Shown here: positions 1-13,297 of the stretch, piece by piece
How positions within the stretch are numbered: the stretch's first letter is position 1
Layout: each line of letters begins with the position of its first letter
Program-made: the position numbers and the translations under genes
The notes under the pieces: generated by a model
What the model was told of the DNA's origin: nothing
The model's database searches: none
What the model saw: the letters and a program-made list of their open reading frames with translations, nothing else
Assembly: GCF_006345805.1 (NCBI RefSeq)
Contig: NW_021833028.1
Coordinates: 124,001 to 188,000, forward strand
Length of the DNA stretch: 64,000 nucleotides
Reading direction: 5' to 3'
From: Octopus sinensis
Taxonomy: Eukaryota

Positions 1-68
1 AATCCAAACCTACTGTTTGCACACAATAGGAGGTTTTTTTCTTTTTTAATTTAAAGATAGCTTATATA

Positions 69-560
69 CAGTGCCTGACAAAAAAATTGGATTTGTAATA
101 AATCGATTTTTTTTAAAAATAAATTATAATTTAATTTTCTTACATCATTCTTGGTAAAAATACAATCATTTTTTAATTTTTAAAATTATTTTTGGCTTTT
201 AGAATTTAATTCTATGCAGAATTTAAAATTTGCCGGACAAAAAAATTGGATTTGGACCAAAAAATTGGATTTTCGTATAAATGAAGCTTAATTCAAAAAT
301 CCATTTATCTGATTTTTGATGAAACAATACAATACAATTAATCTCGAGTGATGAACCCTCAATTTCTGCTGTGTCTCTTTCTGAGATAACAAAAACTCAA
401 TTTAATGTGGACGTATTTCCCAGAACAATTGGTCGTATACTAAATTCATTTGGATTACATGCCCGAGTTGCAAAACACTTTGTCAGTTGGTTTTTGTACG
501 TTTTGTCGAGGCAAACAAAATCGTTGAGGATTTTCTTTTTTGTATCGAGCTGAATGGAAG
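69..560 (+). mobile_element. Tc1-like transposon, 5' remnant
   Basis: TA followed by CAGTGCCTGACAAAAAAATTGG terminus; internal repeats of caaaaaa(a)ttggattt; ORF 371-553 (RTIGRILNSFGLHARVA) resembles the Tc1 second HTH. Confidence 0.7.
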
Positions 561-564
561 AACA

Positions 565-798
565 TGAGTTCAGGATATTTTTGCTGTTCTTGACAAATTT
601 ATAGAACTTAACTTTATTGACTTGAATAAAGTCCGATCAATTTGCACTGACGGAGCTCCTTCAATGCTTGGATATCGGTCAGGAAAAAAATAAGATTTGA
701 TTTAATTCTTGATTAAGATAAAATCGATAGTAGAGGGTCCCTGAAATTTTTTTAAAGCACTTTGAGGGTCCCCATTAAAAAAAGGTTGAGAAACCCTG
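565..798 (+). mobile_element. hAT (Buster/SPIN-type) fragment with 3' TIR
   Basis: Translates to ICTDGAPSMLGYRSG; ends in aaaaggttgagaaaccctg followed by gtatagac (NNNTANNN target type). Confidence 0.7.
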
Positions 799-799
799 G

Positions 800-1550
800 T
801 ATAGACGGTCTCCGAGCCGAACACGTTAAAAACATGCTCTCTCTTCAAACCTGTGAAGCTGGTCATCGCTTCCTATTCTTCCTAGCGCTTCTTACGAACC
901 GAATTTTGAATAAAAAGATCTCCGAGTATGCCCATGACTTATTTTTCGCCGCTGAGCTCACCACCCTGAGCAAAAAGGAAGGCGATGTCCCTTCTATCGC
1001 CGTGGGTTGCCTCTTCCTCCGTGAATTGTCAAAATTAGCTTGCAGACAAGTTATCAAGTTGCTGAGACCCAAATAACGCCAAATAAAATTCGGTGTAGGG
1101 GTTCGGGGTGACTTTGAATCAGCAGTCCACGCCACGAGGAAGTTTTTTTTACCTCACAAAATCGGCGAGAAAAGCCTTGTCTATTTATCAAGATAGACTT
1201 GACTAATTGTTTTAACCGTGTGCGTCGTGAGACTTTTTTAAATCTGTTCCCCGTCGCTGTCCAGCAATCTCCCGTCTTTTCGCCTCCGCCTGTCTTGTCT
1301 GCTTGTAGGTTTTCTGAAGTATTCAGGAGTCTGCATGATAGCTATCCCAATGCCGTCAGTTGAGACCTTATAACGCCGTGGAGACATCCGGGGTCATCAG
1401 CCAGAAATCGTTTTTTCCTTCGTCGACTAGGACGAAGATTACTAAGAATCACTACGAGACTCGCCATCTTTTCGAAAGATTCTTGTTGGAAACTGCCAGA
1501 CCATCGCAGTTCGAAATAATTTTTGTCTGTGTTCTCTTTTTCCCTTAAAA
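800..1550 (+). mobile_element. CRE-clade non-LTR retrotransposon fragments (RT and C-terminus)
   Basis: DGLRAEHVK...AELTTLSKKEGDVPSIAVG...FGVGVRG, and AVETSGVI...ETRHLFER; same motifs as the 38195-38800 and 40000-41540 copies. Confidence 0.7.
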
Positions 1551-1699
1551 AATTGTTAAAATTTAGTTAGTTAGTAGCCCGAACACGGACTTCGCCCAAA
1601 TCAAATCCTGTCTCAAGACCGGTGATGACTTGGACAGGCTGCGGCTCACAGCGCTTAACTGAGGAAAGTGGAGAAGACTCGTTACTAACATTATTTTGG

Positions 1700-3450
1700 G
1701 TGTTGTACAAATGGGACTATAATTATTATGGCCCTACAATAAGTGCGATAATAATAGTAGCCCCGAACTCCCTGACATGCAGAAAGCCGGCGGTTATTAA
1801 GCGACGCACAGCGTGGACAGGTCGCTTCAAGAAATCCCGAAGCACTGCGTGTGGTAGCGATATTGCCGGTGGTCCGGGACAGAAGAAAAAGTGATGGACA
1901 GAAATCGGATTGAAGTTACACACGTGGCAGGACCTTTTAGTTTTTTTCTCATGTAATCGCGTCCAAAGCAGGGGTGATGTCCGCAGCGAAGTTTTCAGAA
2001 AATCACATGTTCCTTTCTTGACAATAGTGATTCCAATTCATCGATTTCAGAAGGAGGTTCTTGAAGTATTTTATCGGTGATGATCTCCGAATGGCCCTCG
2101 TGGAGATAAAGTCGTGTATTAATGCCGATCTTTTTTCTCTGTTTCCCAATGGGATTTTCAACAAAGTTAATTCCAGATCAGCACAGGTACTAAGAATTAT
2201 CCTTTTGTTGGCAGATTTGTGAAGATTGTATGACGGGTGGAAAGCAGCCGAGGAGTCATCCAAAATGAATTCGCGCATTTCAAAATGGTTAGCGATGGGC
2301 AGGATTCTTGTTTCCCAATGGAGGTGATCAATTGGGGAAAATTTTCGTTCTACGCCTAGCATTCTGGACTCGTTGCAAGTTCTCAAGTAATATGAGCGAG
2401 ACCAGCAAGGGGGCATAGTTTATTGTTGTTCAAATGAATTGTTTGTATATTAGTTTTAAACTTTCCTTGTCTTGTCCAAAAGATACTGCACGTAGTGCGT
2501 TCAGCTTGGGCCTGGCTTTAGTACATATCGTATTCACGTGGGTAGAAACTCAGAGATTGATCATATGTGACACTCTGAATTTTGTGGTTTTTTGTTATGG
2601 GTAGACGATTTCCAAATACAAAGAGTGATGATTCATGATTAGCTTCACGTTTGTTCCCCGTGAAGAGCGTTACGGTCAATTTAGATAGTGAGATAGATAG
2701 CTGGTTGATGGTCAATCAGACACCAATGGAATCCAGATGAAATTGTAAGTGGTTTGTGACCGTTGATAGATTGCTATCTCTTGATGAAATGATTATGTCG
2801 TCTGCGTATGAGAAGATTAATGTATTCTTGGTGACTGGTGTGTCATTTAAATGGATGTTGAAGAGAGCTGGAGATAGCGCTGAGCCTCGCGGGACTACTT
2901 TCGGAAGGTATTGAAAGCGGAGATTGTATCATCTATTTGGCCTAAGCGGCCCGATAAGTAAGTAGTTAGCCAATGTTTCAGGGTTGTTGGAATATTAGTC
3001 ATAGCAATTTTATTACTCAGAACGAGTCTCAAACCGAGATCGACCGACACAAGTATTTTTAAACCCGTCTGCGATAAATTGAGTTAAAATTGTCATAGAT
3101 GTGTTGTGGTGGAATATTGTGAACGAAAACCATGCTGTGATTTTGTAAGTAAGAAGAGAATAGATGATTTTCATTACAACTCTTTCAATGATTTCTGAAG
3201 CGAGATCGGTCGATGTGATTGCCGACATAAAGAAGGAAAGTTGTGTAATTTTGCGATAGAGACCATTAATGTTCAGTCCCTTGGTCCTGTATTTGATCCA
3301 ATGTCACCAGAGAGCAAAAGCAACGAACGGAAGCGACGGCTTGTGCCGTCCAATAGCCCGCCAAGAGCGAATGACCAATTCACTGACGGGAGAGAGATTG
3401 CGGGGTCTTTGTGTTGCTATGTGAATAGTAGCATCCAGACAGCTCCATGA
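1700..3450 (-). mobile_element. Degenerate LINE (I/Jockey group) RT plus C-terminus
   Basis: YADD motif near 2800; C-terminal CHVC...FFCPGPP...RPVHAVRRLITAGFL, homologous to ORF 39000-39290. Confidence 0.7.
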
Positions 3451-3558
3451 GAAGGTGACCTTTTATAATTTGATATTAATAAAACAAAAAAAGGTTTATT
3501 AATTTCATTTGTCTTTCAAGTTTTTTTTATTAAGTTATACAAAAAAAATTTATTTTTG

Positions 3559-4667
3559 TCAGATAATACATGTCTTATATTTCGACTTTTTTTTCCGTCC
3601 AGATTTATCATAAATTGTTATGCAGTGGAGGTTAATCAACGATTCGATAGACTGTTCCGATATTTTATGACATTTTTCGACGTGTACAATTCTAAGACAT
3701 TCAATATTTACTATCAAATTTCTCAATGCAATATCATTCACAGCCGTGTAAGATAAATCGACAATTTCAAGCTTCAGACAATTTTTTGAAATTGCTAAAA
3801 TTCCAAATTCCCCCACCAAAGAACATCCCCGAATGTTGAGAGTAATCAAATTCCTACATCGACCAGATAAATGATAGACTCCGGAATCCGTCACAGAACA
3901 ATGCTTCGCACTGAGAGATTTCAAGTTCAGTCCAAGCCTGCTGACAGCTATAAAAGTCATGTCTGTCAGTAGAGGGCACCAATCGACAACAATTTCTTTC
4001 AAGTTTTGACACAAATCTACCAAAGTGGAAATTCCGTTATCAGTAAGATGACAGCAATGCTTCAAATGAATCACCGAAAGATTAGGAATAAAATTTCCCC
4101 AAATTTTAAGAACAAATGAGTCGAGGAATTGACATTTACTAAGATTGAGATACCACAAACGGTCAGGTTTAGCATAAGAACTCAACTCTTCTATAGGTAG
4201 ACTTGTCGATATAACAGATTCAGCAATATCGAGCTGTAATAAATAGTCACAGGTTGATAAAAAGTCAAAAATGTGTTCGATTTTTGTTTTTTTGAGATTT
4301 CTGATTCTCAAATACTCAAGATGCGGTGTTAGAGGTTTTAAGAATTTATAGCAGACAGAAATAAAATTTGAAGCATTTTTGATATCAATTTTCTGTACAT
4401 GAAAGCCATGAAACCCAATAAATTGACCAATGTGGAGCACATCAAAGTAATTGGACTGAATATCCTCTTCTATGATGATCTCGTCCCATAACTCACGTTG
4501 TAGTATTACTTTTCTCCATTTTGTACAAACACGAGAACACACAATTCTATCTTCTGAACGCAGTAATGTGAAAATGGAGATCAATATTTCTTCATTTAAT
4601 TGCCCGAATGTTACTACTGAATCATGCGGAGTTGTAGAATGAATTGAGGGCAAAATTTTGTATACAT
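3559..4667 (-). CDS. F-box/leucine-rich repeat protein (FBXL-like)
   Basis: 364-aa ORF: F-box (LNEEILISIFTLL...SRVCTKWR) plus cysteine-containing LRRs (CCHLTDNGI, CPLLTD, CSVTDSGV); nearest ATG at 4667 needs one extra T in a T-run. Confidence 0.88.
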
Positions 4668-6069
4668 TTTCAAGGGATATGTCTGTGTCTGCCGAATAAC
4701 ATCTGCTTAAGACTAATTAATTGTTAAAACAAAGTCGTGTAACCAGAACAGGGAGGGGATTTACAAGAATTGGAGACACCAGAGTCTGTATTCTCCCTCA
4801 ATATACACTGCTTCTCCACACCACACGCCAAACAGCCGTTCAGTCTATTAATCATGTGATTTTAATATGAAGTAATTAGTTTTATTTAAGTAGGAATAGA
4901 TAAGCCTAAATTCGATATTTTTCCGTCATTGAGACTGACAGTCTATTAATTGCCATTCCTAATAATAGAAAACTGTTCGCTAATTGTTTGTATCAGTCAA
5001 TATTTATTCGATTAGTCTACCACTAATGACCCCAATAGCTAAGATCTAGACAATTTATTGTTTATCACGAACAGCTTGATACTAGTAAATCATTATATTT
5101 TAATTTTCATGTCTTGGATCATCACTTTTTGCTTTCGTAGTATTCAAAACCTCTGGAGTTACAATAAATCTCGCCACGGCCTTTATACACACAAAAAATT
5201 CTTCTCGTAAAAGTGAGTCACTGGGATAATTATGGTTATGGAAAGAATTTCAATTTCGATTCTTCGTAAATAGCTAACCAATTCTCTCAGCACATAAATG
5301 ATTCTTCCTCCTTTAAATTCCAAGTGTCATCATGTCCAATTTCTGACACTGAATTGGAAATTGCATAGCTATTTCTGTGGAAATTTAACTCTTAGCGGAA
5401 AGCAATCAATAATTTGTCGCCATGAATCTTTTGTTTGTGAATGCCGTACGCGTTTCGACTGTACTTTATTAATAGAGGAGAAATTTTCTGATGTGTGACA
5501 ATGTTTGAGTGTAAGCGCGAATTAGATAACCTGATCTTGAAAACTACTTTCCTCTACGTTTTGAGAGAAGAAAATAATGCTAATGTAGACTGGAAATGAA
5601 TAGGGGAGAATTGCTAAGCCACTGATAACTACATTTTTATAACAGTTCTAGATTAGGACTCTCAGTGTGCGTAATCTGTTCTGTCCACAGAGAAATTACT
5701 TGGTGTATCGAGCTGATCTCAAATTGTATAATTATGATTTTGTTGCTGGATTGTTAATTTTAATAAACATTTAAAAGTAAAAGAAAGCGATTCTTATTTT
5801 TAAGGAAAAATTCCATGCCTAGTGTGCCGGAGTATACTGAACCGTCTTCCTTTGTCTAATGTCAGATCATGGGAATAATTGTAATAATGTAGTCACTTTT
5901 CGAATTACAGTCAAACTTCTAAATCTTACCATTTTTTCAAACCGACCAAATCTTGGAAAGATTTAGGATTTGGCGACCAATAGAGATTTTGCACTTCCGG
6001 TTGTTTACCAAAAATTGAAAATTATATACTTAATTGAATACAGTGGACTCATTGATATCAAACCAGAAT

Positions 6070-6720
6070 ATTGACAACAATATGGGCAAGGTCTACGCCA
6101 TCAAATACACATAAAATCTTGAAACAAACATATATTTTAGCTTCTAAGAGGCAGACTAAGAAGAAGATTGGTCTCTGGTGCATAAGAGCGAGCAAATGTT
6201 TTTTTCTCAGGGACATTGAGATGAAAGCGTCCTATTGTTTAAGGAAAAGGGAATCCTGAAGGCCATGAAATTAAAAAAAACACACATGGGCACTATCAAG
6301 GAATTTATATCAGAAAGTACCAATTTGCAACTCTGGAAAGCATCAAACTGAACGTTTTAAAGGATGTGCAAAGAAAGTACTTAATTGAGCAAATACGAAG
6401 AAAGGTTGGTTGCCTTCCTTTGCTCGATTTTGTTTAATTGCTATGATGATTTGGAACGGGATCTGAAGGAATCATTCTGGTGGTTACCGCATGGGAAAAA
6501 CTCTCCAAGGTCTAAGAGTATGGTTTAAAGCTGCAACTTATTCTTTGATAACGGTAGTATTAGTTGCAACAATTGCAGCGCCGCCAAATTTTATAAATAT
6601 GTTGACCCTTCTCATTTGTCGATGTAGATTTTTTCGAACTTATTTTGAACTTTTTTCAATTCTTGAACCCATATTATCGACAAAATAAAAGTGGATGTAT
6701 CTCACTACTTCAGCATGTCC
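6070..6720 (+). mobile_element. Degenerate R4-clade retrotransposon fragment
   Basis: DLKESFWWLPHGKNSPRS and a following CxxC region, resembling the post-RT part of the 49620-54790 element; many stops. Confidence 0.5.
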
Positions 6721-7849
6721 CCTGATATAATCCTCATGTAACATATGTTCACATTCAGTGACACAGTGGTCCACTGTCTTCTTCTATCTCATGCACTAGG
6801 AATACTTTGAGTTATGTTTTTCAAAGAATTAATTTTTATTATGCACAAGTAAGAATAAGCTTTCAAACCGTGAGGAGTTGTTGGCTTTAGTTAGCCAGTG
6901 ACTAGAATTTGTAAAATTCATAAAATCCTCCGTAGTATTTTTGAAAGGATAGAATCAAGACATTTTGGAAAAATCTGGTCAAGTAGGTACTTGTTCTGGA
7001 TACCGACCACCAGTTATGTAAAATTGATTTTTCAAGTATATATTTTTGCTTCAAGTACCTTTCAATTGTGACTATAGATCAGTTTGTTTCAGCATTTCGG
7101 CATGAAAAATCAAAAAGTTTTTTGTGCACACACCACTTCGGTTTTTAAAGTCCATAATGAATCCAAGAATCATGGGTTCAATTAGAAGAAAAATTGAAGT
7201 CAATCCCCTTCCAAGATTGTTATGGGGTAGATATAATCTCTGTTTGTTTTTTGGTCAAAGTTGTAGCTTGTATTATATTCAATTATGATCTGATTGTATC
7301 GTCCACCATTTCATATTTAAATATATTTTTTACCCAGATAATAGAATTTTCCGGCTTAGTTGGACTAGGAGTTATTAAAGGTCTGGCTGTTTAGCGTTTA
7401 TAGGCCGCTGCAGCCTTAAATGAGAGATAGCTACCTTAACATTTGAGGTGCCCTGAGCCCCCATAGTTAATACATGTATTTTATACGGATCTTTTTTTGA
7501 AAAAAGCATTACCTCAAAATAGGTATCGTTCCTTTTAGAAACATCTCCGCCATCGCACCCGTTCTAGAGTAATTAAAAACAATTTTTAATTTCAAACACT
7601 TATTTAATAAAATTTAAACTCTGTTTAAATATCAAAATTGGAGTACCTTTATTGAATACACGAAAAAACTCACCAACAGAATGGTGACATTGATAAAAGT
7701 TTTATTAATGTGAAATTGTAATGTCTGGTCATTCTGAAAAGTAAAGTTTGCAACCGACTTAAAATGGAAGATATGAGAATGGCACTTACTATCATTGTAC
7801 CAACAATTGAACGGCTACTTTCTGAAAAGATGGATCAATAATCACACAC

Positions 7850-9150
7850 TCACAGGCGACGCCCGCAAACCGAGATGGTTTTTTAAGCGGATATCTCTCG
7901 CGATAGTACGCTCTAACTCATTCTCGATCGCATCAGCCTTTAGCCCATTAAATAATCAGCTTTTTTGATTAATTCATTAAATAATCACAAAAATTTTATT
8001 ATGATTTTGTATTTTTTTCAACAACAACAAACAACAACAATAGCCCTGCCGCAAGATGAGAACGACATGTTAACATCTCGCTTGGGCCAGCCATATAAGA
8101 TCAAGACAGAAAAAGAACATGTTATCAAGAAATTAACTAATCCAAACAAAGATGTGTGTCTCTCCTCCATCTATTTTCTCTTTTATGGTGTGGCTGAAGA
8201 AGACATTGTTTTTTTCGTTTGTGTATTGTTTTTGGTATGTGGTCTCCAAATAAATTCAACAGAATAAACTGGTCTTTAAGAAACACAGTGGTAATCAGTC
8301 TGACAAATCTGATCTGTCGTACTGGATTGGAAACTTTATTAAGAATTTGGTTACAACGTGGACAGTCAAGCTAAAACGCAAATAAAGGGATATTGGAAAA
8401 TTAATAATTCCTGTCATAACAGATCTTTTTATTTCTAATTGACTCCCTAAATAGGACACTTCATAAAAAATATATTAATGTGGTGATAGATAGTCCACAG
8501 GTTTACCCATATATAAAATAAGCTACTTATTATAAATTAAAATTGTCTTCAAGAAAGAGGGAACCGCCATAAGTTTGAGGAGAGAAGTCGGATTTATCTT
8601 TAAAATGAATTCCTACAGAAGTCTAACATCTCGACTGTACAATAGGAATGTTTGAAAATAAAGGTAGCTGTATTTTGAAACTGACCAAAAATCACAGTCT
8701 TTAACTCAAAAATTGAAAAAAAGAGGTTACATTTGACACTTTTTAACTGTCTAGATGACATCAACGTAGACATATTCAAGTCTGTTCGGTAACTTTTGCA
8801 AAGAAACAGCTCACGTATGACTGAATAAATGTTATATTTTGTTCAAGATCGAAATATCTTTTACGAAACAGTTGATCAACTAGCAACAAGGTGTGTCAGA
8901 ATACTGATTATTTGAGATGCCATAATGAAATTGAAATACATCGATCTACATCTCTGGCAGCAATAAGGAGAAAGAAATTTTCAAGACCCATTCTGTTCAA
9001 TCGTTTTTGGCTAATGAAAATTTATAAATATGTGTGGATACACTAATAAATATGGAAACCAAAGTCCAGTAAATTAACCCGAATATATTTGTACTGTGAA
9101 GAGAACAATTATACTGATCGATGTCGAGATAAGACGGATGTGATTTGGCC
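7850..9150 (+). mobile_element. Highly degenerate R4-like retrotransposon remnant
   Basis: Scattered short RT/C-terminal peptide similarity, broken by stops and frameshifts. Confidence 0.3.
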
Positions 9151-9288
9151 AAAACAATAAAAAATCTAGGTTTGAAGGCTTTTCCACGACTGTCAAATAA
9201 AGATTATTCCATTGGTTATGGAGTTGTCTTAAAATGCTAAAATGATTATATAGATAAACTAGCTATTAAAGAAAAAACTTGTCTCCGA

Positions 9289-9500
9289 TCAGTTATGCTG
9301 AAAAAAAACTCTTGAAAGCATAATGACTGAACCCGGGATGAAGATATATAAGTACGCTTTTGCTACCGCCTTGTAAAATTGGAATGCCGCAAAGACATCC
9401 CAATAAACGCTGAAAAAGATGTGTCGACTGCCCATGTAATGGTGATAAGGAATGAAAGATTTGGCAACAAACCCTTCTTCTATACGGAGAAATTGCCAAC
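9289..9500 (-). CDS. Possible small membrane protein, unassigned
   Basis: GC-richer block immediately downstream of FAM183; MGSRHIFFSVYWDVFAAFQFYKAVAKAYLYIFIPGSVIMLSRVFF is hydrophobic; start and frame uncertain. Confidence 0.3.
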
Positions 9501-9595
9501 GATTAGTATTGAAAGATTTAATTAAATAGTATAATTTAAAATTTGGTCTAATTTTGATTAAATTAGATTTCACAAAATAAATTAGTATATTTTAA

Positions 9596-10030
9596 TTATT
9601 TGGTTATGCTTGTTTTCCTCTTGGGAAAGTACAGACGGCTGTCACTTTTATCAATCACTTTCTACTGTAAATAAATAAAAATTTGAAACCAAAGATTGTG
9701 AAATCCACCCAATTTCTTGTGATTCAGTCTGCGGTCTCAAATATTTTTTTGTCGGTTCTTGGTTAGCTCTTCGAATTTGATGGAGGAATTCGTCTTAAAG
9801 TTTTATTTTAAACATCACTGTCAGTTTCGTAATCACAAACAACGTTCCACGAGTTCGGTTTTTCTGCGTATGAATTCACTGATATTATCATTTTAAAATA
9901 AACTTTTGCGAAATGGGTTTATTCCGTATTGGTCATTTAATATCATATGTCTGTTTTCTTTAAGAATTGTTTCTATTAATCTAGCATTTTTTGCAACGTA
10001 GTCGATTTCTTCAATCTTTTCACCAGCCAT
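9596..10030 (-). CDS. FAM183A: FAM183/CFAP144 ciliary microtubule inner protein, 3 micro-introns (25, 25, 28 nt)
   Basis: Spliced product MAGEKIEEIDYVAKNARLIETILKENR...YGINPFRKMNSYAEKPNSW...EPTKKYLRPQTESQEIGW carries the FAM183 motifs NP.RK, KP.SW, P.KKY..PQTE.QEIGW. Confidence 0.85.
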
Positions 10031-10439
10031 TTATTACTGTCTCCAAGGAATCAAATTTATTATAAATAGCATTTAAAATAAAAATGAATCAACCAACAAT
10101 AACCGTAGTTAATTTATTGCAAAATTTGATCGAATCAATGCTATTGAACAAATATTGTAGAAAAGGCTCGATTCTTGGAGAAAAAATCATGTGGCTGTCG
10201 CGTGAGGATGATTCTCCTGTTAATTAAAGCCTGAAAACATAAGATTTGAAAACAAAAAAATTTATTTTCTGGTAAAATAGGAGTTTTGTATTCTCCGAAA
10301 TTGCAGATATACTTTTGATTTTTGAACCGCAGACACAAAAGCAAACCGCTTTGACTATGATGGGCACAAAAAGTTTCAAAGTACTAAAGGGGATCGAGAT
10401 TTGACATCGAGATTTACCAGTCACACCGCAAACTCATCG

Positions 10440-10600
10440 ACAGGAGGGGATTGTATCCTCTCGCTTGTCGCCTCAGTGCTGGCAAGTTTCCGGCGTAGAA
10501 TTTCATGAGTTTACTCAATTCAGGTTGTCTTTTCTGTTCTGAGTCTGTGCAATGGTTGGCAGGTCTGAACTTTTTGAGAGCGTTCAATATGCGTTGGGCA
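10440..10600 (+). mobile_element. CRE-clade fragment
   Basis: YPLACRLSAGKF, matching HPLSCRRSAGRF at ~38400. Confidence 0.5.
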
Positions 10601-10699
10601 GATTTTTCTTCTATGTTTCTATAAATATTTTATTAATAATGATTACAAACATTTTCCTTATTTGTCAGAAAATTCCGAAAGTGGCTCAACTGATAAATA

Positions 10700-11026
10700 T
10701 TTAAAAATAATTGAAGATATAAATTCGCAATTTGATGCAAGATTTTAGGTTTTTAGTATTTAATTTAAGCTGACAGAGCTTTAAAGAAGGTGCAAATTCA
10801 ATGAGATTATTTGCGTCTCCATTAATTATGAAAAGTGAGGAGGTTTCCGGCAATAATGAAAGGAAAAATTTACCGATGTTTAGATCAACATATGTCTGCG
10901 AATCGACTTTTAGTAAACTTGTTTGAACTAAAACAAAGTTTCGCAGCAGATTGACTGATAGTCATCTAAATGATTTGTTACGTACTTCAACTAGTAAACT
11001 TAAATGATTTGTTACGTACTTCAACT
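10700..11026 (+). mobile_element. hAT transposase C-terminal (dimerisation) fragment
   Basis: STYVCESTFSKL..TKTKFRSRLTDSHLNDLLRTS; local duplication of aatgatttgttacgtacttcaact. Confidence 0.65.
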
Positions 11027-11260
11027 GCATCCGCTCTTCCAGAAGATAAGAAAATCTCAAAGTATGCTTCCTTGGTGGACACATGTTGCTTTTCCCTTTG
11101 GCATTCGAAACCAATGGGGTAATTGGTTCAAAAGCTCTCAAACCCCTCTCAAAGATTGGTTCAATTATCTCGAAGAGGAGTCACGACAGTCGCGAAACGA
11201 GCTGATTTTTCCACTTAATTGCCTGTCCATTCTCTCGGCGATTAATTCAAATTAAACTTT
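11027..11260 (+). mobile_element. CRE-clade 3' fragment
   Basis: FGIETNGVIGSKALKPLSKIGSIISKRSHDSRETS-type C-terminus across a frameshift. Confidence 0.55.
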
Positions 11261-11555
11261 TTTCTACCTTTTTAACTATTAAGTGTTTATTATTTGAAAA
11301 AAGTACTGAAATAACCTTAAATTTATCGCTAAAAAGTTTTTTCTTAAAGGAAAATATGGTTGTTTGATATTAATAAACGGGGCGTTTCCATTTGAGAAAA
11401 CACATTAAATCCATTCAAAAATAAACAATTCAAATGATAAACCAAAAACAAATTACATTTTGTTTAGTGGTCCAAACAAGGCGGAATAGCGATTAATAAT
11501 TTCACAAATAAAAAAACCCACAGCAATTAAATTATTTTTATGAAAAAGCAAAAAA

Positions 11556-12934
11556 TTATTGTTCATCGGGGAGGTTTACTACATTAACTATATTGGTATC
11601 ACGAGACTTCTTAAAATAAAAAGGGAGACTCCATAAAACACTCATCTTGCACAAAATCCCTCCCATGGACACAACAAAGTAGCAACTCCCTACAAAATCA
11701 AAATGTTTGTCGAAATTCTTGTCTTGCCCAATCAAAGTCTGACTCACAAAAACCCCCACAGATGCGGAAAGCGCGAACATCAACGTCAAAAGTGAGTTCA
11801 AATCAAGCATTCGAGTCTGACCAAATGCAACCTTGGTGATACTGTCCACCAAGACATGCCAATAGGCCATCCCAAAGCCATAGAGGAAGGCATAAGTCAT
11901 CTCAAACATCAACCACAGCCCTATACCTTCCCAGTAGTCGAAAGCACCAAATCTGGATATATAAAAGTCAGCAAACAGGCCAAAATACACGTGGATAGAA
12001 AAGTGACAACAATGTCAAATTTCCTTGAATGTCCGACCACAGTGAACACAAGTCTTCAATAAAAAAACCACCCAACCTCGTAAAAAAGACCGAAATCCCC
12101 GTGAACCCCAAAGAGTAGCACTCTCCTCCAAGTTCCACTCAGAGGTTGCCATGTAGTGCGGAAACACAATTAAATTCGAAAAGAAACACAGTCCGTAGAA
12201 TATCGAGGACACAGACAAAACCGAAAAATAAATTTTGTCCCAAGTATTAGGATTTGAAGTTTGGGAAGGTTTTTTGAGAGAATTGGGGTCACTTTTGTCA
12301 TAAAGCCCGGGTTTTCTTGTAGTCAAAATCTTGAAAATAATAAAAAACGGCGTGGTTGATAAGAGGAGGCCCCAATATACCAAACACGAGCCTAAGGCGG
12401 TAAGATCAAAGGACTACCAATGAGAGAAAACTTTTTTATCAAAGGAGCCGACAGAAATGCAAAGACGACAATTCCCAAAGAGTACCCAGAGAAGGAAACA
12501 GCTCGATAAAACTTCTTTTTAGACTTGAAGTAAGAATCCGAAAAAATATTCGCCTCAAAGTGAATCAGGCCAATTCCCAGTCCCGAGAAGATTGCTGGGC
12601 AGAATATAAAGAATTTGTTGTTGACCGAAAGACATTGCTGGACGACCCCGCCTACGGAGATGAGGACCATTGCAATATTGGAGAAGGCATTAAATTTGTA
12701 GAAGGAGTGCAAACATGAGGCGAGGGAGTCTAAATTGGAAACTCAGTACAAACTTGATAGAAAAAATAGGAAAAAATTGAGTGATGAAGCGTAGGAGAAG
12801 GTGTAGGGGGTGCTCAGGGTTAATTTGAGCCAATTAAGCTCGAGTAGTACGAAGTTCAGCATTAAGCCTCCAATTATAAATTGGACATAAAAAATTCCAA
12901 TCGTTGACCAAAATTTAAGTGTTTTTGTTGACAT
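11556..12934 (-). CDS. MFS transporter, monocarboxylate transporter (SLC16)-like, 4 micro-introns
   Basis: Multiple TM segments (GLGIGLIHFEANIFSDSYFKSKK, YAFLYGFGMAYW); GT-AG introns of 23-26 nt; one apparent 1-nt homopolymer deletion near 12110. Confidence 0.8.
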
Positions 12935-13297
12935 CACTTTGATAGGATTTTTTAAAAATAATCTTATTATTTTGGGATAACATTCATTTATAAATTAATT
13001 AAAACATTAATATAAAATATAACAAAAATAATTCAATATAAAAATGATTATAAATAAATCAATCTCATTTAGGTTGCATTCTTTATTAATCAATCATGAT
13101 AAAATTTGTGGTAAACAATATCGACATTGTATCAATCAAAATTTCCTCAATTTTTCACCAATGACGTCAATCCCATTTTTGAAGACTCCAGACAACTCCA
13201 CTTTTCCGCAACGGTGAGTCTAGAAATCCCGTCTACGTGGATAAAAACGGTCCTTCAAGTTTTATTAACCCAACTTTTATTAATTAAAATTTATTTG

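Noticed and set aside
7420-7480. Minus-strand TAACTATG...TTAAGGTAGC resembling 28S helix 69 / the R2 target site
   Set aside because: The spacing is about 16 nt too long and the flanks do not match LSU rRNA; probably chance.
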